DNA from: Candidatus Thorarchaeota archaeon
GTDB lineage: Archaea; Asgardarchaeota; Thorarchaeia; Thorarchaeales; Thorarchaeaceae
Length of the DNA: 29,011 nt
NCBI GenBank assembly: GCA_003345555.1
Contig: PRDJ01000022.1
Coordinates: forward strand, 1-29,011
Direction: 5' to 3'
In this document: piece after piece, positions 17,201-24,741 of the stretch
Layout: every line of letters starts with the position of its first letter
Numbering within the stretch: the stretch's first letter is position 1
Notes under the pieces: generated by a model
The model's database searches: none
The model's input: the letters and a program-made list of their open reading frames with translations, nothing else
Told to the model about the DNA's origin: nothing
Translations under genes and position numbers: made by a program

Positions 17201-19323
17201 ATAATACCGCTGCTGTCAATTGAGAATCGACCAGTGTCATTCATCCACCACGTGACTCCTGACGGATCGCTGGCGTTCAAGTCGTATCTGAAGGCAACAC
17301 CAAACTCTGCAGCTTGATCGACAGGAGTCTGGTCCCAAGTAGGAGGCAGTGTGTCCCCAACCATAACCTTGAAGGTGGCACTTAGAATGTTGCCATGACT
17401 ATCTGTTGCATTCACTCTGAGACCGTATACGCCGAAAGCGAGATTGGTCGCGTTTCTGACGATGCCGCTACTGTCGATTGAGAATTGAACGGTGTCGTTA
17501 ATCCACCACGTCACTCCTGAGAGGTCGGTTGCATTCAAGTCGTATCTCAAGGCAGCACCGACTTCAATCGTCTGGTCAACAGGAGTTTGAACCCATGCGG
17601 GGGGTGTCGTATCCTGAACAGCGACCTTGAAAGTCGCACTGAGGATGTTGCTGTGACCGTCAGTTGCATTCACCCTGACGCCATAGACCCCGACAGCAAG
17701 ATTCGTGGCATTTCTGATAACGCCGTTCCCGTCAATTGAGAACCGGACAGTGTCATTTATCCACCATGTCACTCCTGACAAATCGGTTGCATTCAGGTCG
17801 TACCGGAATGAGGTACCAAACTCGACCGTCTGATCAATAGGAGTCTGAACCCATGAGGGTGGCGTCGTATCCTGAACGGTCACCTTGAATGTCGCACTTC
17901 GAACGTTGCTGTAACTATCAGTTGCATTCACCCTAACACCATACACACCAACAGCAAGATTCGTCGCGTTTCTGATAACACCGCTCCCGTCAATTGAGAA
18001 TCGGACGGTATCGTTTATCCACCACGTGATTCCCGACAAGTCGGTCGCATTCAAATCGTACCTGAAGGAAGCGCCAAACTCGAGTGTCTGATCAACAGGT
18101 GACTGAACCCATGAGGGCGGCGTTGTATCTTGAACGGTGACCTTGAAGGTGGCGCTGAGGATATTACCATGGCCATCAGTCGCATTCACTCTTAGACCGT
18201 ATAAACCGACTGGAACATTGGTGGCATTTATGATAATACCACTGCCGTCAATCGAGAAGCGAACAGTGTCATTTACCCACCATGTGACTCCTGAGAGGTC
18301 AGTTGCATTAAGATCGTATCTGAAGGCAGTGCCAAGCTCGACTGTCTGGTCAACTGGTGTCTGAACCCAGGTAGGAGGCGTGGTGTCCTGAACGGTCACC
18401 TTGAAAGTCGCGCTGAGGATATTGCCATAACTGTCAGTTGCATTCACTCTCAGACCGTACACACCAACAGCAAGATTGGTGGCATTTCTGATGATGCCGC
18501 TCCCATCAATTGAGAAGCGAACAGTGTCATTCACCCACCATGTGATTGTTGACAGGTCGGTCGCGTTCAAATCGTATCTGAAGGAACTGCCGAATTCGAC
18601 TGTCTGATCGAGAGGTGCTTGAACCCACGTGGGAGGTGTCGTGTCTTGAACGGTTACCTTGAAGGTGCCGGATAGGGTGTGGCTGGCGTTGTCACTTACG
18701 TTGACTCTTATACCGTACGTACCTACAGGCAACGTCGACTTGTCTGTGATGATTCCGCTTGTGTCAATCTGGAATCTTGTGGTGTCGTTAATCCACCAGC
18801 CCGAAATACCCGAAAAGTCTGAAGCATTCAAATCATACCTAAATGAGCTGCCGTACTCGATCGTCTGGTCTACTGGCACTTGGTCCCAGGTCGGAGGAGC
18901 GCCCGCGATGACAGTGACAAATACTGTGTCCTTGGACTCATTCAGGAATGTATTCGTGACCGTGACCGTGTGGTTGTATACTCCCGGACTCAGACCGTCA
19001 ACGCTGAAGGGATAGGTGCCGTTCGTCGTCCAGCTTGTCGAACCCACAGTCGTTCCGTTACCATCTACTCTGTAATCATTTGGATTGCTGGAATTGAACA
19101 TCCAATTAATGGTGTTTCCAGTTGCATCTTGTTCATAACTGAAATCGGGAGGCGAATTGACGATAGGCGGAACACCTTCAGCAACCACGAACACAGCGTC
19201 AAGTTGTGGTTCAACAGTGTTCGTTGTCGGTTGCAGGGGAGTAACAGCCGAACCACGTAGCAGAGCTAACGAAAGCAATACACAGACAACTACCAGCGTT
19301 CCCTTCGACGCATTCATTCTCAT
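14296..19323 (-). CDS. Large cell-surface glycoprotein / adhesin-like protein (signal peptide, 16 tandem cadherin/Ig-like repeats, C-terminal TM anchor)
   Basis: 1675 aa, with a hydrophobic N-terminus (TLVVVCVLLSLALL), repeats rich in N-x-T sequons, a Thr/Pro linker, a TM helix (YVVAGIILAVALLAVF) and a basic tail (RGRKGAK). Confidence 0.92.
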   Translation of the reverse strand: MRMNASKGTLVVVCVLLSLALLRGSAVTPLQPTTNTVEPQLDAVFVVAEGVPPIVNSPPDFSYEQDATGNTINWMFNSSNPNDYRVDGNGTTVGSTSWTTNGTYPFSVDGLSPGVYNHTVTVTNTFLNESKDTVFVTVIAGAPPTWDQVPVDQTIEYGSSFRYDLNASDFSGISGWWINDTTRFQIDTSGIITDKSTLPVGTYGIRVNVSDNASHTLSGTFKVTVQDTTPPTWVQAPLDQTVEFGSSFRYDLNATDLSTITWWVNDTVRFSIDGSGIIRNATNLAVGVYGLRVNATDSYGNILSATFKVTVQDTTPPTWVQTPVDQTVELGTAFRYDLNATDLSGVTWWVNDTVRFSIDGSGIIINATNVPVGLYGLRVNATDGHGNILSATFKVTVQDTTPPSWVQSPVDQTLEFGASFRYDLNATDLSGITWWINDTVRFSIDGSGVIRNATNLAVGVYGVRVNATDSYSNVRSATFKVTVQDTTPPSWVQTPIDQTVEFGTSFRYDLNATDLSGVTWWINDTVRFSIDGNGVIRNATNLAVGVYGVRVNATDGHSNILSATFKVAVQDTTPPAWVQTPVDQTIEVGAALRYDLNATDLSGVTWWINDTVQFSIDSSGIVRNATNLAFGVYGLRVNATDSHGNILSATFKVMVGDTLPPTWDQTPVDQAAEFGVAFRYDLNASDPSGVTWWMNDTGRFSIDSSGIIRNATNLAVGVYGLRVNATDSHSNILSATFRVTVRDTKPPAWVQAPVDQTIEFGTAFRYDLNATDLSGVTWWINDTGRFSIDGSGIIRNATNLVVGVHGIRVNATDGYGNTLSGTFKVTVRDTTAPMWVEVPVDQTIELGTVFRYDLNATDLSGIAGWWVNDTAHFAVDGNGIVRNATNIAVGVYHVRVNATDGQGNILSGTFKLAVLDTVDPAWVQVPVDQITELGTAFRYDLNATDLSGTVSWWINDTEHFSIDIDGIVRNATFISVGPYPVRVNATDVNGNVLTGTFTVTVRDTTPPSWVQVPVDQTIEFGSSFRYDLNATDLSGIDSWWINDTTNFVIDGAGVITNTVSLAVGVYGLEVHVYDGEGIPLIGTFNVIVQDTIPPAWDQVPVDQETDFRNPFRYDLNASDVSGIFGWWINDTVNFQIDSSGIITNISSLSIRVYGIRVDVTDNHGLVLSGTFRINSRDTSMPVWDQVPTDQTIEFGDAFRYHLNASHPSGIASWWLNDTTNFDIDSNGVVTNKTGLAVGTYPLMVNVTNNLSNTISANFTVTVQPSAPPTWSQVPTDQVIEFGNNFRYDLNATDFSGIGSWWINDTTNFVIDSAGVITNIVPLSVQVYVLTVNVTDRLGNVQTATFKVTVQDTIAPTWLQAPVDQEFEEGSSFRYDLNATDLSGIDHYWVNDTTHFTISADGVITNSTVLAASVYWLQVYANDTQGNTLSSTFKITVQPSAAPTWDQTPADQIIELGKGLRYDLNATDFSSISTWWINDTVHFAVDGSGVITNKTSLAVGAYALRVNVNDTLGNTQTAVFTVTVEDTTSPVWTQTPIDLEYETNTTGHTLSWTVYDLAPGTVQLLRNGTPVTAPAWTNPSQVITINVDGLSAGAYNYTITLRDSSGNAVTDTVWVMVTQPTTSTSPTGNIITAILNFLMNGYVVAGIILAVALLAVFRGRKGAKPYEPRDLTTKFK
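14752..18906 (-). repeat. Intragenic tandem array of 16 units of 258 or 261 bp (86/87 aa)
   Basis: Unit starts at 18906, 18645, 18387, 18129, 17871, 17613, 17355, 17097, 16839, 16578, 16317, 16056, 15795, 15534, 15273 and 15012. Consensus DTTPPxWxQxPVDQTxEFGxxFRYDLNATDLSG...WWINDT..F.ID..G.I.N.T.L.VG.Y..RVNATD..GN.LS.TF.VTV. Confidence 0.95.
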
Positions 19324-19392
19324 TCACCTTGTGCATACGGTATCGCGTAAACCAAAACGTAAGATTCCACGGGCCCTTCGATCATGGAATTC

Positions 19393-19450
19393 GTACCTAA
19401 CGCAGACTACTGCGCCTCTAGGTACAATCCTTTTAGGATTTAACTTAAAG
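19393..19450 (-). promoter_or_regulatory. Putative promoter, palindromic operator and leader hairpin of the large surface-protein gene
   Basis: AT-rich TATA-like tract (minus strand TTTAAGTTAAAT) adjoining the palindrome AATCCT-ttt-AGGATT (19426-19440), and nested inverted repeats GTACCTA/TAGGTAC and CGCAG/CTGCG (19393-19425). Confidence 0.35.
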
Positions 19451-19548
19451 TCGTATATACACAGCGGGCACATGTCTGTTTTCAGAATGCAACAAGGCCG
19501 CTGAGAACAGGACTCGGGAGACAGATCGACTACTTACGATGCTGGCGG

Positions 19549-20022
19549 CTATATTGAGGCACCGCAGTTGGTGCATTTTCTCGTGCCGGCGTCATTCCTC
19601 TGTCCACAGTGAGGACAAATCACAAGCACTACTTCTTTGACTGTGGTTACTCTGAAAGAGGCATCGACAGCCTGAACTGGAGCCTCAACTGGGCGGCCAG
19701 GAGCCTGAGCCTTTCGCTTCGCGACTGCGCGAATCACAGTCTCACCTTCGCTCCTGGAACAGGTGTACTTGTATTGGCCGTTGAAAGTCTCTATTACGAG
19801 CTGTATGCCCAGGAAAGCTGGTTCAATCCTGACTTCCCGAATCTCTCCGAGTTTGATCGAGTGTACGAGACCCTTCGGCCTCACGAAGAACACTCTTCTG
19901 TCAGTTACGACGAGGTCTCCGCTTGACCCACCGAACTTGCAGTTCAGTCTGAGGTCAGCGACCTCATCCGGGAATAGTCCACTCGTTGCCAAGCTATTCA
20001 CAACCAGAAGGAATGCTGACAT
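19549..20022 (-). CDS. PH-like domain + C-terminal double zinc-ribbon protein
   Basis: GDLVVTDRRVFF (bPH-like strand) and CPHCG...CTNCG. Confidence 0.8.
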   Translation of the reverse strand: MSAFLLVVNSLATSGLFPDEVADLRLNCKFGGSSGDLVVTDRRVFFVRPKGLVHSIKLGEIREVRIEPAFLGIQLVIETFNGQYKYTCSRSEGETVIRAVAKRKAQAPGRPVEAPVQAVDASFRVTTVKEVVLVICPHCGQRNDAGTRKCTNCGASI

Positions 20023-20199
20023 TCTTTAGTAATAACTCTTGCTTGCTCGGATTCCAATAAGACGCATTGCCCTCTTCGAGGACCAACCATTCAGCGAGGA
20101 TGTAATGCATACGAGCGGGACATTGGATTCTGGGGGTTGTCTTTGAACTGGCTTCCTTTCGTGAGTCAACTGTGACCTCTGTCAGCTGAGCGCACTTCA

Positions 20200-21366
20200 T
20201 CATATGAAGCTCTGCAGCAATCTATCAATCACGGAATCCATGTTCTCGCCTCTGATGTCATTGGCTAGGCAGATCTGTTCGACTCGAAAGACGCGATTAG
20301 TATCCATGAGGTCTTTCAAGCCCGAAAAGACTCCAAGCCGTCGGCCAATACGATAAAGATCCTGTTTCGCCGGCTCCATGCCTAGAAATGCATCAAGAAT
20401 CTCAAGCATTGCATCTCTGTCTTGTGGCATCTTTCCCTCAAGGTCACCAAACAGATTCAGTACGTGATCGCTCTTGACGACGCTCTTGATTCCATGAAGG
20501 TTCTGAATGAGTGTCTTGATCTCATTCACAATCATTATGTCCGAGCAAACGTGAAACCTACGGGACATGCGTTCTGCTCCCAGAGGTGCCCTGTCAGTAA
20601 CCGCCAATGTTCGGAGTCGTATGAAGTCCGGGTCTATCTGATTGAGGGCATCTGCGGTTTCGAGAGCATGCTCTGCAGACAGTTCCGTGCCACCTAAACC
20701 GGGCATCGCATATTCTGATAGCTCTATGCCCGCATTCTTGACCTTCAGCCCTGCCCTGATGTGCATTTCCTTAGATGCACCCTTCTTCACCATTTTCAGG
20801 ACCTTGTCCGAGCCAGATTCGAGACCTACATGTATCCTGTTCAGTCCCGCGTCGCGCATGGCTTCTAGATCCTCATCAGCGATCCGGACTAGGGTACTCG
20901 ACCGACTGTACGACGTAACGCGTTCGACCCAGGGAAACCTCTCCTTGAGATGACGCAGAAGCTCAATCAGATTTGATGGCTGAGAGGCAAGAGCATCCGA
21001 ATCCTGTAGGAACACACTTTTCATGCCGTTCATGAACCAATAGAAGGCGGCATTGAATGCCACTAGACCGTCTGCACTGACCGTGTTGGCGATTGCCTTT
21101 AGTCCAGGTTCTGTGACTGAGGATGGCTCGTTGAAAGCTTCTCGAAGGCACTTCATGTTTTTGTAGATGAGGTCAATGTCCCGCAGGACATGTTCTAGAG
21201 GCCGTATGGAAAACGAAGACCCTTTGTATACTGGACAGAACGTACAACGATTCCAGGCACAATTGCGCGTCACACGTATCAGCAGGCTATCGGCTTCGCT
21301 TGGCGGTCTTATCGGACCCATTTCGTATCCGTAATAGCTATCAGGACATGCGGATTCTTGCGTCAA
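20200..21366 (-). CDS. Radical SAM protein (COG1032-like, GPIRPPSE subgroup)
   Basis: GPIRPPSE...TRNCAWNRCTFC (CX4CX2C), FLQD, GLNRIHVGLESGSD and MPGLGG. Confidence 0.92.
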   Translation of the reverse strand: MTQESACPDSYYGYEMGPIRPPSEADSLLIRVTRNCAWNRCTFCPVYKGSSFSIRPLEHVLRDIDLIYKNMKCLREAFNEPSSVTEPGLKAIANTVSADGLVAFNAAFYWFMNGMKSVFLQDSDALASQPSNLIELLRHLKERFPWVERVTSYSRSSTLVRIADEDLEAMRDAGLNRIHVGLESGSDKVLKMVKKGASKEMHIRAGLKVKNAGIELSEYAMPGLGGTELSAEHALETADALNQIDPDFIRLRTLAVTDRAPLGAERMSRRFHVCSDIMIVNEIKTLIQNLHGIKSVVKSDHVLNLFGDLEGKMPQDRDAMLEILDAFLGMEPAKQDLYRIGRRLGVFSGLKDLMDTNRVFRVEQICLANDIRGENMDSVIDRLLQSFI

Positions 21367-21617
21367 CTCGCGGCCTCGGTATTCTCAACTCGGATGACTG
21401 TTGACTTTCCACGTGTCGTACAGAAAAAAGGGTTAGCAAGTAGGCGAATCCAGGCCTGAAGCTGAGGACATCTCAGCACGGTGTACAAGCCATGCTGATT
21501 GCGCAATCCACGAGCCAGCATTTGCTTTTTCTCGTGTTAACCAAAAATCGTCAAGGTCATACGGTCTACTGCAAATACGACTCCTTAGCCATCCCGCTGG
21601 GGCAATAACTGGCGTCC

Positions 21618-21630
21618 CGAAAGATTATAT
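21618..21630 (+). promoter_or_regulatory. Archaeal BRE + TATA-like promoter of the second surface-protein gene
   Basis: CGAAAG-ATTATAT about 140 bp upstream of the TTG at 21771, with GGAGGT SD before the start. A similar CGGAAAG-ATTATTT occurs at 26436-26449. Confidence 0.45.
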
Positions 21631-21770
21631 CATAATATGTATGAAGGACCGCCCATCACGCACCAAATCCGCCTCGTCCCCTGAGCACTGAGCTTGAGCA
21701 GAGAAGCCCAAGGCCCCCACCTTTTCGTGTTGAGCAGGATTCAGCACGGTTCAATGGAGGTATCTGAGCG

Positions 21771-24644
21771 TTGCGCAGGATTTCAGAGTCGGCTGCAGTT
21801 TTGATCGTGGTGGCAGCCTTGTTCCTTGGGCTTCAGTACGCGGCGTCCGTGACGCCCCAACGATGCCAAGACAACATGTTGAGGGCTGTGATTCCCGAGA
21901 CGCCCGCTTATGTTGCGCCTGGAGAGGACTCTATTCCACCCGAGACAACAGCGACAGCGTACGGACAGGCAGGACTTGACAATTGGTATGAATCAACTGT
22001 GACGGTCAGTCTAACAGCCGCTGACAATGGGACTGGCGTCTCCGAAACGGAGTACTCCTTCGACAATTACACATGGACCGACTACGAACAGCCTCTGAAC
22101 ATGACTTCCGAGGGGACTTTCATTGTCTACTACCATTCGAGTGACTTGGCTGGCAATAGCGAACCAGTGAAGTTCGTGACGATTCAAATCGATATGACAG
22201 CTCCCGTAACAACACTAAGCCTTGAGGGCTTCATCGGCTTCACAGGGTGGTACTTTACAACTGTCACGTTAACACTGTCCACTGTCGACGCGGTCTCAGG
22301 CGTCGCATATACGCAGTACAGCCTTGGTGACGGTGACTGGGTCAATTACAGTGGACCGTTTGTGATTTCTCAAGATGGGGTGCACAAGTTGTCATTCATG
22401 TCCGCAGACTTGGCCGGTAATATGGAGGGTATTCAGACCACAAGTCTGCAGATTGACAGAAAGGCGCCCACAACAATCGACAGTCTAAGTGGAAAACTCG
22501 GTTCGCTCGACTGGTATGGTTCTGACGTAACTCTGGTCCTGGCGGCCAGTGATGGGGCATCGGGAGTCGCCGATACGGAGTACAATATCGATGGCATAGG
22601 CTGGACATCTTACAGCTATCCAATCACGATTTCTGGAACAGGAGTGCACACGATACAATTCTGGTCTGTGGACGTTGCAGGGAATGCAGAAGAAACGAGG
22701 ACTATTCTAGTTAAGATAGATATGACACCTCCTGTGACGTCAGCACAAATCGAAGGCAGCAAGCTACCTACCGGATGGTATATGTCAAGTGTAACAGTGA
22801 CCCTATCAGCCATTGATGAGACTTCGAACATAGCCTATAGTGAATACACCATCGATGGCAGTGCATGGATCCTGTATACAGGGCCGATTACATTCGTAAA
22901 CGATGGAAGATATGAGATAGGATTCAAGTCTGCGGACTTGGCAGGCAATGTCGAGAACCCTCAGTCGGTGACAATCGTTATTGATAGGACCCCACCAACC
23001 ACCATCGCCGTGCCGGACGGGACTTCGGGACTGAACGGCTGGTACACTTCTCCCGTCATCGTGACACTGGTGGCCTCTGACAACGGCTCAGGGGTAGCAG
23101 ACACTGAGTATAGCTTTGATGGAATTGCGTGGACATCATACTTCGAACCCATCAGATTCTTCGGTGATGGGACATTCACTATCTACTTCTACTCGTCCGA
23201 TAATGCGTACAATACCGAGGAAACAAAGACTGTCACTATCCTTATCGACCAGACCGCACCTGTAACCACTGCGGACGTGCATGGGACCGAAGGACAGAAT
23301 GGCTGGTACATTTCGGACGTTGTCGTCACACTCACATCTGTCGACAGTGGATCAGGCATTGCACGAGTCACCTACTCCTTGGATGGTCTGACATGGACCG
23401 ATTACAAGGAGCCAATCGTCATTATTCAGGAAGGCATCTGGAACATTGCTTTCTACGCCTACGACAACGCAGGTAACAGAGAACCTTCAGAGTCAATTAC
23501 TGTACTCGTGGATAAGTCCGCGCCAGTGACAACTGCTACTCCGCAAGGTAGTCCTGGGTTAAACAGCTGGTATGTTTCCGAAGTTACTGTCGTTCTCACA
23601 GCTATTGACTTGACGTCCAATACGTTCTACACTGAATACAGCTTTGACGGCAACTCCTGGTTTACCTACATGGAACCCATCGTTGTAGGAACTGAGGGGA
23701 CGACTGTTCTCGAGTATCGGTCGGTGGACTATGCTGGCAACACGGAGACTCCCAGTCAGTTGAGCATCTCTATTGACATGACTCCTCCCACTACAGACAT
23801 CGATATGGAATTGTACTACTCCACCGGGATGATCGTCCTGACTGCAACCGATTCGGTGTCAGGCGTGGCTCACACATACTACAGGATAGATGGAGTCAAT
23901 TGGGTCGAATACACTGGACCCTTCCAGTTCAGCGTAACGGCCGGCTTCAACGTGATTGAATACTACAGCGTTGACAACGCGGGCAACACGGAAGCGCCTA
24001 AGTCGACTTCCGTTCTGCCGACTGAGGTTGAAGTCAGTTCGTTCGTTTCTCACTATCCGTATCCGCCATGCGAGAACGAACCCTTGACGTCTCTAAACGT
24101 ATACTTCGTCAAGCACGGACGGACCGGCTACATGCTGATCACGAGGGCATACTACTTCTGGTACAACATCGAGATCACTAATCTGATGCCTACCAGCATT
24201 GGCAATCTGAGCATCACTCCTAAGTTGCCTGCCGAGTTCCTGATGCGGGGGCTTGCCGTCTGGGTTGAGACCTCATCGGGGCACAGAACACTTGCGTACA
24301 TGTACCTCAACACAACCCATAGACATCCGATAATCGTGTGCCCTGGAAGAATGCACCCGGTCTCTATCTCGTACGACGGCCATCAAATCACAATCGCCAG
24401 AATGGCCCCTGAAGGTAGAGTGTGGGTGACAATTGCCATGGAGTACTCACTGAGGAATACATTCTTCAGATCGCCTCAGGACTTCACTACCGAGAGCTAC
24501 ACATTTAGCACAGGCGTCCAAGCATTGGGAACCTACGACTCGTTCTGTGTTCTCCCCGTCGTGAACCATGGTGTGAAGAGCCATTGTATGACTCACTGCT
24601 TCTGGGAGGCTTGGATCGAGATAGCTCACAGGCATCGCTGCTGA
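21771..24644 (+). CDS. Secreted/surface protein with 8 Ig-like (OmpL47-type-like) repeats and an uncharacterised C-terminal domain
   Basis: 957 aa with a signal-like N-terminus (AAVLIVVAALFLGL), repeats DxTxPxT...GWY.S.V.V.L.A.D..SGV..TEYS.DG..W..Y..P......G...I.Y.S.D.AGN.E, and no C-terminal TM helix. Confidence 0.9.
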   Translation: MRRISESAAVLIVVAALFLGLQYAASVTPQRCQDNMLRAVIPETPAYVAPGEDSIPPETTATAYGQAGLDNWYESTVTVSLTAADNGTGVSETEYSFDNYTWTDYEQPLNMTSEGTFIVYYHSSDLAGNSEPVKFVTIQIDMTAPVTTLSLEGFIGFTGWYFTTVTLTLSTVDAVSGVAYTQYSLGDGDWVNYSGPFVISQDGVHKLSFMSADLAGNMEGIQTTSLQIDRKAPTTIDSLSGKLGSLDWYGSDVTLVLAASDGASGVADTEYNIDGIGWTSYSYPITISGTGVHTIQFWSVDVAGNAEETRTILVKIDMTPPVTSAQIEGSKLPTGWYMSSVTVTLSAIDETSNIAYSEYTIDGSAWILYTGPITFVNDGRYEIGFKSADLAGNVENPQSVTIVIDRTPPTTIAVPDGTSGLNGWYTSPVIVTLVASDNGSGVADTEYSFDGIAWTSYFEPIRFFGDGTFTIYFYSSDNAYNTEETKTVTILIDQTAPVTTADVHGTEGQNGWYISDVVVTLTSVDSGSGIARVTYSLDGLTWTDYKEPIVIIQEGIWNIAFYAYDNAGNREPSESITVLVDKSAPVTTATPQGSPGLNSWYVSEVTVVLTAIDLTSNTFYTEYSFDGNSWFTYMEPIVVGTEGTTVLEYRSVDYAGNTETPSQLSISIDMTPPTTDIDMELYYSTGMIVLTATDSVSGVAHTYYRIDGVNWVEYTGPFQFSVTAGFNVIEYYSVDNAGNTEAPKSTSVLPTEVEVSSFVSHYPYPPCENEPLTSLNVYFVKHGRTGYMLITRAYYFWYNIEITNLMPTSIGNLSITPKLPAEFLMRGLAVWVETSSGHRTLAYMYLNTTHRHPIIVCPGRMHPVSISYDGHQITIARMAPEGRVWVTIAMEYSLRNTFFRSPQDFTTESYTFSTGVQALGTYDSFCVLPVVNHGVKSHCMTHCFWEAWIEIAHRHRC
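21927..24014 (+). repeat. Seven 264-bp (88-aa) units plus one shortened eighth unit
   Basis: Unit 1 starts at GAC 21927 and unit 8 at GAC 23775 (7 x 264 bp). The units are divergent and recognisable mainly at protein level. Confidence 0.9.
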
Positions 24645-24712
24645 GGCCAGTGGTTCAGAAGGACGAAACCAGTTGATTATGCGGAAGCATGTGGAAGAAT
24701 ATCATTCGTTAT

Positions 24713-24738
24713 TGTGAGCCGGACTCAACCTGCTCACA
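24713..24738. terminator. Stem-loop immediately downstream of the carboxyltransferase stop, between convergent genes
   Basis: TGTGAGC-cggactcaacct-GCTCACA. Confidence 0.45.
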
Positions 24739-24741
24739 TGG

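Noticed and set aside
14752-18906. Regular ~260-bp repeats as a CRISPR array or DGR template/variable repeats
   Set aside because: They are in-frame protein-domain repeats without spacers, differences are not adenine-restricted, and there are no cas or reverse transcriptase genes.
19994-20203. 69-aa ORF starting in an ATGA overlap with the radical SAM stop
   Set aside because: It has no recognisable motif and overlaps the next gene by 29 bp in another frame. ATGA arises easily at TGA stops, so it is not supportable without conservation data.
20200-21366. Radical SAM protein as the activating enzyme of the glycyl radical enzyme
   Set aside because: It lacks the GRE-activase features (DGPG.R..VFLKGC, canonical CX3CX2C, GGEP) and lies 18 kb away.
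21363-21521. 52-aa minus-strand ORF whose TGA overlaps the radical SAM TTG start
   Set aside because: It lies in a divergent promoter region, has no clear SD and no protein-like motif; probably chance.
21473-21750. 10-bp direct repeat TCAGCACGGT (21473 and 21741) and several TGAGC words in the long intergenic region
   Set aside because: A single 10-mer match within 400 bp is within chance expectation, and I could not recognise a tRNA, riboswitch or regular spacing.
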